A stretch of 23,435 bases of DNA from Fibrobacterales bacterium (lineage in GTDB: Bacteria; Fibrobacterota; Fibrobacteria; Fibrobacterales; JAOPTW01), in the NCBI GenBank assembly GCA_051532055.1, contig JAOPTX010000028.1, positions 25,440 through 48,874 of the forward strand, written 5' to 3'. The notes below the pieces were generated by a model, which saw nothing but the letters and a program-made list of their open reading frames with translations, did no database searches and was not told the origin of the DNA. Shown here in pieces: positions 1 to 7,567 of the stretch. The position numbers and the translations under genes are program-made. Each line of letters starts with the position of its first letter. The stretch's first letter is position 1.

Positions 1-50
1 TTTGTTGTTTCTATAATGGAAAGTCTTGTGATTGTATCCATACTCATCAT
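1..50 (-). CDS. Possible 5' end of a gene running off the left edge (MMSMDTITRLSIIETT...)
   Basis: Minus-strand ATG at 50-48 preceded by AAAGAGTG, open to the window edge. Too short to identify. Confidence 0.3.
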   Translation of the reverse strand, partial: MMSMDTITRLSIIETT

Positions 51-200
51 TAAATCACTCTTTCATACAATAGACTCGTACTAGAGAATCTATTACACTA
101 ACATTCATAGAAGTGTAACAATCTCTCAGTAATCCACTCAATGAAACTATCGAGTATAAAAAAACCAACACCCTAATACAATTGATATAATATAAATCAC

Positions 201-231
201 AAAAAAGACCGCTCGTATGAGCGGTCTTTTT
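201..231. terminator. Rho-independent terminator downstream of the GH12-like gene (structurally bidirectional)
   Basis: AAAAAAGACCGCTC-GTAT-GAGCGGTCTTTTT: perfect stem with A/T tracts on both sides, about 30 nt after the stop at 263. Confidence 0.9.
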
Positions 232-262
232 CAGTATACTATGTAAGCTTACTCAATAATTC

Positions 263-1507
263 TTATTTGAATATTGGCTGACGCTCTTCGCCATTAATTT
301 CAAATATAACATTGTCGAAACTAACCGTTCCTGCTGTGTTATTATCTATTTCTGTACCAAGCTCAAGACGAGTTACCCAAAGGTCTTCAGTTGCGCTGGT
401 GTTTGCAACAAGCCAATCAAGTGCCGCTTTAACATCAAGAGTACCAGTGAAACTACGGACAGCACTACCATCTTGTGCATCTCCTTGACGGAATTGATAG
501 TAATCCCATTTACTGTGCTCATCTCCACCCCAGTCATCATGCTGATGACAAAGAGTATATGATGCAGAACCTGCGTCAAGATTCTTTTTACTTTCTAAAG
601 CACCATTATCGATTTTACATCCCCAACGGTTATTGTTCCAGCCCCAAAAGGTCATAAGCTCAAATTCAGGTTTAGGTGTATTGGTTAGTGTTGGGTCTTC
701 TTGTGAAAGCCACATTTCAAAATTAATATTCCAACTCGAAGAATCTGCTCCCATTTCAATATTAAAATTATCAATATCAATGTTCATTGATGTTACATCT
801 TTAATTTGAATAGGAATGAGTATAGAAGTAGACTTACGTAATGGATCTTCTTCAGGATCAGCAGTTGTAAAAGGTGCTACACCAATTTCAATTTCTGGAT
901 AATCAGGAGAATCTCCTTTAGTCTCATTCCATCCACAATCAGGTCTGTCAAAGGTCCACCCAAAAGTAAAATCTTCTTTTGCCCAAATTTCATAGGTAGA
1001 TCCGCAATCTTGTGCTTCTGCTCTCGCATCAGAACCCCATTTATTAAGAAGGAGTTTTACATCACCCATCATAAGCATATCCCATGATCTCGTTTTAGAT
1101 GCAGGTACTCTGAGTGGATCACCACCGAGAAGGGCAGATTCAGATGAACTCGACACTACAACAACCGAAGAACTTGATTCAACAGTTACTGATGAAGAAC
1201 TTTCATCAACTACAGAAGAACTTGATTCAACAACAACTGATGAAGAGCTTGAATCGTCAACGTAATCAGAACTTGAATCTTCAACCTCTTCAGAGCTTGA
1301 ATCATCAGTAGCCTCTGGGGTTGAACTTTTATCTGTATCACTTGTATCGTCAGAAGAATCTACCGCTTCAGATGAACCATCATCAGTTGCTTCACTTGAG
1401 CTTTCACTTGCTGTATCAGGATTAGTAGTATCTTCAAAACACCCTGTAAAGAAAAGCATAGAGATGCCTAGGATGAGAATGGTGGTTATTTTTTGTATGT
1501 GTGTCAT
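263..1507 (-). CDS. Lipoprotein with Ser/acidic linker and C-terminal GH12-like (clan C jelly-roll) endo-beta-glucanase domain, 414 aa
   Basis: Start moved to ATG 1507 (TGGAGAAAA SD upstream, signal peptide ending LFFTG-C). About 100-aa S/D/E/V linker. GH12-like motifs in order: LLNKWG, DYPEIEIGVAPF, IPIQIKDV, WNINFEMWL, FELMTFW (candidate nucleophile), LDVKAAL, LELGTEI (candidate acid/base). Confidence 0.7.
   Translation of the reverse strand: MTHIQKITTILILGISMLFFTGCFEDTTNPDTASESSSEATDDGSSEAVDSSDDTSDTDKSSTPEATDDSSSEEVEDSSSDYVDDSSSSSVVVESSSSVVDESSSSVTVESSSSVVVVSSSSESALLGGDPLRVPASKTRSWDMLMMGDVKLLLNKWGSDARAEAQDCGSTYEIWAKEDFTFGWTFDRPDCGWNETKGDSPDYPEIEIGVAPFTTADPEEDPLRKSTSILIPIQIKDVTSMNIDIDNFNIEMGADSSSWNINFEMWLSQEDPTLTNTPKPEFELMTFWGWNNNRWGCKIDNGALESKKNLDAGSASYTLCHQHDDWGGDEHSKWDYYQFRQGDAQDGSAVRSFTGTLDVKAALDWLVANTSATEDLWVTRLELGTEIDNNTAGTVSFDNVIFEINGEERQPIFK
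1137..1434 (-). repeat. Low-complexity Ser-rich linker with imperfect tandem repeats (VVESSSS units)
   Basis: GAAGAACTTGATTCAACA at 1167-1184 and 1215-1232, and ACTGATGAAGA at 1188-1198 and 1236-1246 (48-nt period). Boundaries approximate. Confidence 0.75.
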
Positions 1508-1931
1508 ATAATTTTCTCCAAAATAATATATATGGAGGTACACAAAAACATATCGATAATCGGTCTGATTAATTGTTCCTAAAACTGTATGCAATCATCA
1601 AACATAGGTAGTGATATGTGTGTGTATACCCTGTTTATTTCATATAAAAGAGTTATTCCTCTATATGTGTCCCAGATACATGTTGAGCCCCCTCCCCATA
1701 TATCTACTGATTCTCCCATAATATACTTTTGCAATGATACATCATTATTCAAAATCACTCATTCCACCCACACACTAATGACACGTTTGTCCACGTTAGT
1801 GTAAGTAATTATTTACATTCAGAAAAAAACAGGTATTTAATAGGCATTAAGGCCAATTATTGAATTCAACGCACTTTCACATATTTGGCCTTAAGACACT
1901 ATTAATTAAATAAAAGTGTCCAGACATACCA

Positions 1932-4442
1932 TTATGGCCATGGATGCCTTGGATACCGGCCCCGTAATTCTTTTTTTATAGCAGGATATGAGGTAACCCA
2001 GAATTCGGTCAAGTCCCTAGTCTTTTGAGCCGTCCTATAATTAGGCGCCAACAGATTGTAGAGCACTTCAACTCTACCATCACATAAGGTATACACCCCT
2101 TCCATCCCCGCAAAATCGGTAATGCGTGCACTCAATTCCGGGGGAGCATCAGTAAAATAGGTAAACTTCGCTCTCTTTCCCGAAGGTAATTGAATACTCT
2201 TAGGAAACATTGATTCCATGAGCCCTTTAGCTTCTGGAGAGATATACTCTAAAAAGAGGGAAATAAACCGTGGTATCGACAACTCTTTGATTGTTCTGCT
2301 CTCCCCAACCCACTCATAAAGCATGAGTTCGATATCTTCACTCGTTATATTGGTGAAGCCATATTCAGGATAGGTTTTTACGAGCAGGGTATACCGATTG
2401 AGATACGGTTGACACTCATCGCTATTGAGTGGTGAGTCAACAACTCCTGCACTAATTTGTTCTACTAAAAATGTTGCAATACTTTCAAGAGGGTACTCTC
2501 CCTCTGATGCATTTTCTGTCATAATGACACAGTCTCTATACCGCTTCTCTTTGAGTACCGACACTTTCTTACCCTGAGCAGTCCATACACATCGATATTC
2601 AGTCACACTCTTCTCTTGGGTAAACTCATTCCAAAAATCTTGAGAAAGCGGCACCCATGACCGAATAGCTCCCGAACGTTTCCCCCCTCGAAACTGCTCC
2701 CAAATATCAAGTGCAAGAATCGCAGGTGGATACTCCCCATGAACATCAATGGTAATCGTCCCTACAAATCCAGAGGCCAGTTGATACCGGTTTGACTGTG
2801 TAAGAATTGCAATATGACTCTCTAGAGCTGAACACCAAATATTTTCAAAATCATTTTCGATGTTCCTCTTTGAGTCCGTACTAAGAAAAGATCCATCTCC
2901 ACGCTTTTCCATTTGTAAAAGGCTCTTAAAAAGATCGGTAGCCTCTTTTGAAAAACCCGTAGATCTGTTCCCTCGGTGCTCAATAGACTCAACGAGTTCA
3001 TTCCCTGCATTCAATAGATCCGTACTATCAGCCCCACGCCCCCCTCCTTCAAGAAGAGCAATCATCGCTGCAGATAGTCTATAGTGGTCACTCCCTCGGG
3101 ATAAAAAAAGCACCCGAGCAAAGCGAGGATGTACCGAAAGTGAAAGCATCCAATCACCACCAAGAAGTGGTTTCCCATTAGAATCAATACATTCAGCTTC
3201 TTTGAGTACTTCAAGACTTGTAGAAAGGATAGATTCATTCGGTGCAGTTATCCACGGCATCTCTGTAAGAGCTTCTATCGGATTCTCTTCGTTATGCCTC
3301 GACAGTAGTGTCAGCATTCCTAAAAGAGACCGTGACCACTCTTGCTTTAATAACTGTGATTGCCAGAATTGGTCCCAATCCCGCTCCCACTTTTCGTGCC
3401 AAAGTCGTATGCACCACCCCGCTCTCGTACGCCCCGCTCTCCCTCGCCGTTGCTCCGCACTTTGAAGAGTAATATGCTTTAGGCCAAGTGAATTTACTCC
3501 CTTATCAGGATTCCATGTAGCCTCTCTCTCCCAGCCAGAGTCAATGACACCGGTAACTTCAGCAATAGTGAGTGATGTTTCAGCAATATTTGTTGTTAAT
3601 ATAATACGAGTTTCATCAGTAGTACGGCACACATGCTTTTGTTCTTGTAATGTTAATGAGCCATGCAGGACTTCGATACCAATATCAAAGCGCCCATACA
3701 AAACGTCTTCTTCAAGCTTTCTTTTAGCCTGTTGAATCTCTCCCCATCCCGGTAAAAAGCAAAGACAGGTTCCTTCTGGATCATTTCTTACCCAAGTCTT
3801 CACCGCTTTTGCCACCTGCGTATCAACCCTATCTGATGCCGTTATTATTTGATAGGTTGTTACAATTGGGTGCATGGTGGCCACGATTGAAAGCCTCCCC
3901 CATTCTACGACATACTTCGCAATTGATTCTTCATCAAGGGTTGCAGACATGAGAATCAGCTTTGGAACTGCTTTTCCTGATTGCTTTAAATAATGCATCC
4001 ACGCCCAAATAAGGTCCATCTCGACATGTCGTTCATGAAACTCATCAAGTATCAGAACTCCGACTTGAGAAAGAGCCGCCGGTGACTTTAACCCTTCATA
4101 AAAATAACCATAGGTAAGAAATTGAATTTCACTTTGAGGTGACAGCTTTCGAGATCCTCGAACCGCATACCCAATCGTTTGTCCAATCGCAGTACCACTT
4201 TCCTCTGCTACACGATTCGCCAAAGATATTGCCGCTAATCGCCTTGGCTGCAAAACAACAACAGCCTTACCATCTTCACGAAAAGATCGACTATTCCACT
4301 CCCGACAATACAGAGGAATACGAGTAGATTTCCCTGTACCCGGTGGTGCACTGACTACAACTCCTGGCTTTGTGTCCAGTAATTCTAAAAATTCAGAAGC
4401 ATGCTTATCTACAGGGAGTTCTTGCATTGACAACGTATCCAC
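1932..4442 (-). CDS. hrpB: ATP-dependent DEAH-box RNA helicase HrpB
   Basis: Motifs APPGTGKST, QPRRLAA, DEFHER, MSAT, FLPG, LHGSL, TNIAETSLTI, VIDSG, QRRGRAGR, plus the HrpB C-terminal signature LLAP..TRDL..FW..YP..KKELRGRYPRHPWP. Confidence 0.95.
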   Translation of the reverse strand: MDTLSMQELPVDKHASEFLELLDTKPGVVVSAPPGTGKSTRIPLYCREWNSRSFREDGKAVVVLQPRRLAAISLANRVAEESGTAIGQTIGYAVRGSRKLSPQSEIQFLTYGYFYEGLKSPAALSQVGVLILDEFHERHVEMDLIWAWMHYLKQSGKAVPKLILMSATLDEESIAKYVVEWGRLSIVATMHPIVTTYQIITASDRVDTQVAKAVKTWVRNDPEGTCLCFLPGWGEIQQAKRKLEEDVLYGRFDIGIEVLHGSLTLQEQKHVCRTTDETRIILTTNIAETSLTIAEVTGVIDSGWEREATWNPDKGVNSLGLKHITLQSAEQRRGRAGRTRAGWCIRLWHEKWERDWDQFWQSQLLKQEWSRSLLGMLTLLSRHNEENPIEALTEMPWITAPNESILSTSLEVLKEAECIDSNGKPLLGGDWMLSLSVHPRFARVLFLSRGSDHYRLSAAMIALLEGGGRGADSTDLLNAGNELVESIEHRGNRSTGFSKEATDLFKSLLQMEKRGDGSFLSTDSKRNIENDFENIWCSALESHIAILTQSNRYQLASGFVGTITIDVHGEYPPAILALDIWEQFRGGKRSGAIRSWVPLSQDFWNEFTQEKSVTEYRCVWTAQGKKVSVLKEKRYRDCVIMTENASEGEYPLESIATFLVEQISAGVVDSPLNSDECQPYLNRYTLLVKTYPEYGFTNITSEDIELMLYEWVGESRTIKELSIPRFISLFLEYISPEAKGLMESMFPKSIQLPSGKRAKFTYFTDAPPELSARITDFAGMEGVYTLCDGRVEVLYNLLAPNYRTAQKTRDLTEFWVTSYPAIKKELRGRYPRHPWP

Positions 4443-4636
4443 TATCCTACTTGCTTTACTCGACCCACAATTCCCGATTCAAGCATTACTTTAATACCAT
4501 GAGAATGGGTTGCTGATTTCGTTAACAATTTAGCAACAATGCCCTCGGTGAGTTCACCCGATCTTTGATGAGGCTTTTGCACAATAGATACCGCGGCACC
4601 AATAGTAATATCTGCTCTTTTTGTTCCATCACCCAT
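4442..4636 (-). CDS. YwbE-family (DUF2196) small protein
   Basis: V.IVQK.HQRSG.LTEG.V..LLTKS.TH.HGIKV.LESG.VGRV pattern. SD GAGGA. TAG stop overlaps the hrpB GTG start (TAGTG). Confidence 0.85.
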   Translation of the reverse strand: MGDGTKRADITIGAAVSIVQKPHQRSGELTEGIVAKLLTKSATHSHGIKVMLESGIVGRVKQVG

Positions 4637-4696
4637 AAATTCATCCTCAATACTAACACGACATATTTATGGGCAAATATATAAATTATTGACGTA

Positions 4697-4732
4697 ATAA
4701 GGCCTGAACTCCTTTCAGAGTTCAGGCCTTAT
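4697..4732 (-). terminator. Hairpin/terminator ending the secreted-protein operon
   Basis: 15-bp perfect inverted repeat ATAAGGCCTGAACTC / GAGTTCAGGCCTTAT with a 6-nt loop, 30 nt after the stop at 4763. U-tract is weak. Confidence 0.7.
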
Positions 4733-4762
4733 ATTAATGACTCTATAGAGGCAAGTGTGCCA

Positions 4763-5128
4763 CTACTCACCTAATTCGTTTTCAGCCCAAAGTACTAAAG
4801 ACTCAATACGTTCAGGTGTAACCTCAGCAATGTGATATTCTGTGACAGTAACATTCTTCCCGCCTTTAGAGTGAGCGGTTACCGATATTTTCTTTGATTC
4901 TAGTTGATCACCAATGAGGAGAAGGTTTGCCCCCTTTGACTCATTGTTAATCACTTTAAAAGAGCCATCGTCAAGAGTAATTCCAACACGAGGCTGATAG
5001 AGACCTTGTGCATTAAATTTCTGAATGGTGACAACACCGTTGTAGCTTTGGGCGTTACTTTGTCCTGCCCATAGAGATGATCCCATTATTACTGTTACAA
5101 TAGCGAGTGTACGTAAAAAATGTTTCAT
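4763..5128 (-). CDS. Secreted hypothetical protein, 121 aa, probable small beta-barrel (OB-fold-like)
   Basis: Sec signal peptide (MKHFLRTLAIVTVIMGSSLWA), SD AAGGA, no Cys. Visible similarity to the 5698-6174 protein. Confidence 0.75.
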   Translation of the reverse strand: MKHFLRTLAIVTVIMGSSLWAGQSNAQSYNGVVTIQKFNAQGLYQPRVGITLDDGSFKVINNESKGANLLLIGDQLESKKISVTAHSKGGKNVTVTEYHIAEVTPERIESLVLWAENELGE

Positions 5129-5165
5129 GAGTAATTCCTTTTTAATTTAGATGTGTTTGATTAAG

Positions 5166-5193
5166 AAACGATTGTGCGAGACAATTGATTGCG
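5166..5193 (-). promoter_or_regulatory. Candidate ECF promoter copy 3 (CGCAATC-N15-TCGTTT)
   Basis: Same motif and spacing as the copies at 6217-6244 and 6317-6344. Lies 38 nt upstream of ATG 5128. Confidence 0.7.
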
Positions 5194-5670
5194 TTATTCA
5201 TGCAATAATCCATTAAAGTGAGTTGATAAATCATCAGGAAGCACTGCGGCAACATACCGTACGACACCGGTGACATCAGCAATGATTATAGTTGGTGTTG
5301 CTGACACCCCCAATGACTGAGTGATAGAACTCCCTCTATCAAAAGCAACCGGATACTCCATCGAAAACTTTTTCTTAAATGCTTTCATGCGAGGTTCCGT
5401 ATCACTTATCCCAGCGTTAATTGCAAGGAGCTGAAGTCCCTTGGTGTTAAAATCATTAAACAGTTGCTGCACCTGAGGAATTTCTTTTTTACACAGAGTA
5501 CACCATGTTGCCCAAAAAATGAGCATGACTGGCTTTTCATTCTTTTTTGAGTAGTGAAATATCTCACCATTTGACTGTTTCAATGAAAACTCTTCTAATG
5601 CATCACCAATCTCAACGGCATGTACCTGAGTCAACATTCCAAAGAACAATACCAGAAGTACCTTTTTCAT
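5194..5670 (-). CDS. TlpA/ResA-family thiol-disulfide oxidoreductase, exported
   Basis: FWATWCTLC active site, cis-Pro region ATPT, signal peptide from MKKVLL (ATG 5670 with AAGGAA SD, preferred over the TTG at 5697). Confidence 0.9.
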   Translation of the reverse strand: MKKVLLVLFFGMLTQVHAVEIGDALEEFSLKQSNGEIFHYSKKNEKPVMLIFWATWCTLCKKEIPQVQQLFNDFNTKGLQLLAINAGISDTEPRMKAFKKKFSMEYPVAFDRGSSITQSLGVSATPTIIIADVTGVVRYVAAVLPDDLSTHFNGLLHE

Positions 5671-5697
5671 AATGCGTGTTCCTTTTATAGTATTCAA

Positions 5698-6174
5698 TTA
5701 ATGTTTATGAGCAGCTTTTCCACCAGTGGGCACTTCACCTATCTTTCTATTTAATAAACGTTTTGCAATAAGTTGATCCTCTTCCCATCCTGCTTTCGCG
5801 ATTTTACTTTTAGATATCCCTTCTACTTTAATCCCAGTAATTTCAAGATTATGGGCAATAGGGTATATATAGCCAGTAATAGTTGCCTCTTTATGTTCTA
5901 ATAAGGTATGTGCGCGAATAACGTCGTGGCCTTTTGCGTTGTCAACAATGTTCCAAATCGTCCCATCAGCTGAGCGAAATCCAAGTGCATGATGCGCATA
6001 GAGGTTACATTGAGCATTGGCTCCATCAAGCTTTTTAAGAGAGCATCCCGTACAGATAAGCTCCCCTTTAAGAGTTATTTCGTTCAGCCCCTTTTGAGCA
6101 TCCCACCCTCCTGCAAAAGTGAGTGTCAGCGTGAGAAGTGTAAAAGAGATGATTTTCTTGAGTATTCTGTTCAT
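5698..6174 (-). CDS. Secreted Cys/His-rich hypothetical protein (CxxC..C..HH), likely a metal-binding beta-barrel, DUF6370-like
   Basis: Signal peptide ending LTFA, then ITLKGELICTGC...AQCNLYAHH. 3 Cys and 8 His, ending AAHKH. SD AAGGA. Family name is by resemblance only. Confidence 0.75.
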   Translation of the reverse strand: MNRILKKIISFTLLTLTLTFAGGWDAQKGLNEITLKGELICTGCSLKKLDGANAQCNLYAHHALGFRSADGTIWNIVDNAKGHDVIRAHTLLEHKEATITGYIYPIAHNLEITGIKVEGISKSKIAKAGWEEDQLIAKRLLNRKIGEVPTGGKAAHKH

Positions 6175-6216
6175 GATTATTCCTTTTTTAATACGTTATT
6201 GGCTGTTATACCCTGT

Positions 6217-6244
6217 AAACGATCAAATCAGAAATACGATTGCA
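6217..6244 (-). promoter_or_regulatory. Candidate ECF promoter copy 2 (TGCAATC-N15-TCGTTT)
   Basis: Located 43 nt upstream of ATG 6174, with the same architecture as the copy upstream of the sigma gene. Confidence 0.7.
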
Positions 6245-6316
6245 CCTATTATAATAATTAATGAGAATTCTCACATGTTGTCCAAGTTTGTAATCCACAA
6301 CTTTTATATCTTTTTC

Positions 6317-6344
6317 TGCAATCAAATGGTTACACCACTCGTCT
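6317..6344 (+). promoter_or_regulatory. Candidate autoregulatory ECF promoter copy 1 (TGCAATC-N15-TCGTCT)
   Basis: Located 37 nt upstream of sigma ATG 6381. The CGT -10 core is typical of ECF promoters. Confidence 0.7.
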
Positions 6345-6380
6345 CTACCATGAAACCTTATCACCAGAAGGTCCACAACT

Positions 6381-6896
6381 ATGGACGCCAAAGAGTTAGA
6401 ACTTCTACAAGACGGATATCGATTTGCTCTATCTCTGACTAATGAACCTGCAGAAGCTGAGGATTTAGTACAAGATAGCTGGATTAAACTCTATGAAAAA
6501 AATGGAGCAATCGAATCGCGCCCACTTTTATTCACCGTCATCCGTAATAAATTTATCGATCAATGGCGCAGAAAAAAATCAGTACCCATGGTCGAGTTTG
6601 ATGCGGCAACAGAACAACCTGAATCGTGTGATGATATGGATAATCAGCTTCTTCTCAAACGAGTCTATGATGCTCTTGAACAAATATCGCCGCATGAACG
6701 TGAAGCCCTTTATCTTCAATGTATTGAAGAATACACTGCTCAAGAAATTAGCGACCTCACGGGCCAACCCCGGGGAACGGTTCTCAGTCACATATCACGA
6801 GGACGAAAAAAACTACTGGGACTCCTTGGTTTCAAAGAGGACCCTAATCAAACAAAAGCAGAAAATATTATAGCCTTTAGGAGAGAGATAGGATGA
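6381..6896 (+). CDS. ECF-type RNA polymerase sigma-70 factor
   Basis: Region 2 (YRFALSLT..AEAEDLVQDSW..LFTVIRNKFIDQWRR) and region 4 (REALYL..YTAQEIS...G.P.GTV.SHISRGRKKL), 171 aa. Confidence 0.95.
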   Translation: MDAKELELLQDGYRFALSLTNEPAEAEDLVQDSWIKLYEKNGAIESRPLLFTVIRNKFIDQWRRKKSVPMVEFDAATEQPESCDDMDNQLLLKRVYDALEQISPHEREALYLQCIEEYTAQEISDLTGQPRGTVLSHISRGRKKLLGLLGFKEDPNQTKAENIIAFRREIG

Positions 6897-7438
6897 ATAA
6901 ACTTGATGAAACACTCCGCAACCACTATGCCGATCATGCACTCAGTGACGATGCTGTTAATCGTATTATAAGCAAAGGCAAACGGGCTTATCGAAAAAAA
7001 CAAATATTCCGTGTTGCAGCCCTCTTTATACTGTCAACGGCACTCCTAGTCGGAATTTCGCAATATAGACAAGACAGCGCAATCACTCGTACTGTAGCTG
7101 AAATTAGAATGAACCACCTAAAGGGTGAATCACCTACTATTAAAAGCGACAATTATCGTACCGTATCAACCCATCTCAATGAACTTGCTTTTGCTATTCC
7201 TCAGTCCAAGCGCTTAGAAGAGTATACCCTTATTGGAGGGCTCTACTGTTCTGTACAAGGCAACCGAGCTGCGCAGTTGAAATTATGTTCTCCTTTAGGT
7301 TCTACGGTAACACTCTATGTTGCTCAAGCCAAGGGAACCCTTGAATTGCTCACCGACGATACCGTAAAGAGTGAGACTATTACTGTATCTGTCTGGCAGG
7401 AAGGCGCACTCTTTTTTGGCCTTGCCCAAGGACCATAA
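6893..7438 (+). CDS. Putative membrane-anchored anti-sigma factor
   Basis: ATGA overlap with the sigma stop. About 35-aa cytoplasmic N-terminus, one TM segment (VAALFILSTALLVGI), extracytoplasmic domain with GGLYCSVQG..AAQL..VTLYV..W. Confidence 0.75.
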   Translation: MNKLDETLRNHYADHALSDDAVNRIISKGKRAYRKKQIFRVAALFILSTALLVGISQYRQDSAITRTVAEIRMNHLKGESPTIKSDNYRTVSTHLNELAFAIPQSKRLEEYTLIGGLYCSVQGNRAAQLKLCSPLGSTVTLYVAQAKGTLELLTDDTVKSETITVSVWQEGALFFGLAQGP

Positions 7439-7567
7439 CAGCGATATCGTCATAAAATTGGACCAACTAACTCAAAAAAGACACTCTTTAGGAAATTACT
7501 AGATTTTTACATCAGATTATCAGTATAATACCCATACGAGAGAGCGTTTTAACCTTTGTGAGATCCA

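Noticed and set aside
1137..1310. Periodic repeats resembling a CRISPR array
   Set aside because: They are degenerate, in-frame codon repeats of a Ser/Val linker with no unique spacers and no cas genes.
1508..1594. Longer N-terminus of the GH12-like ORF (ORF-track start 1594)
   Set aside because: The SD and a canonical lipoprotein signal peptide begin at ATG 1507.
1589..1804. 71-aa plus-strand ORF in the intergenic region
   Set aside because: No SD or recognisable motif, and it occupies the probable upstream regulatory region of the GH12-like gene.
1932..4442. Helicase as part of an anti-phage defence system
   Set aside because: It is a canonical HrpB with its C-terminal signature, and there are no nuclease or other defence-type neighbours.
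6043..6057. CTGC motif next to a TlpA/ResA gene suggesting a c-type cytochrome
   Set aside because: The motif is CxxCS, not CxxCH, so there is no heme-attachment signature.
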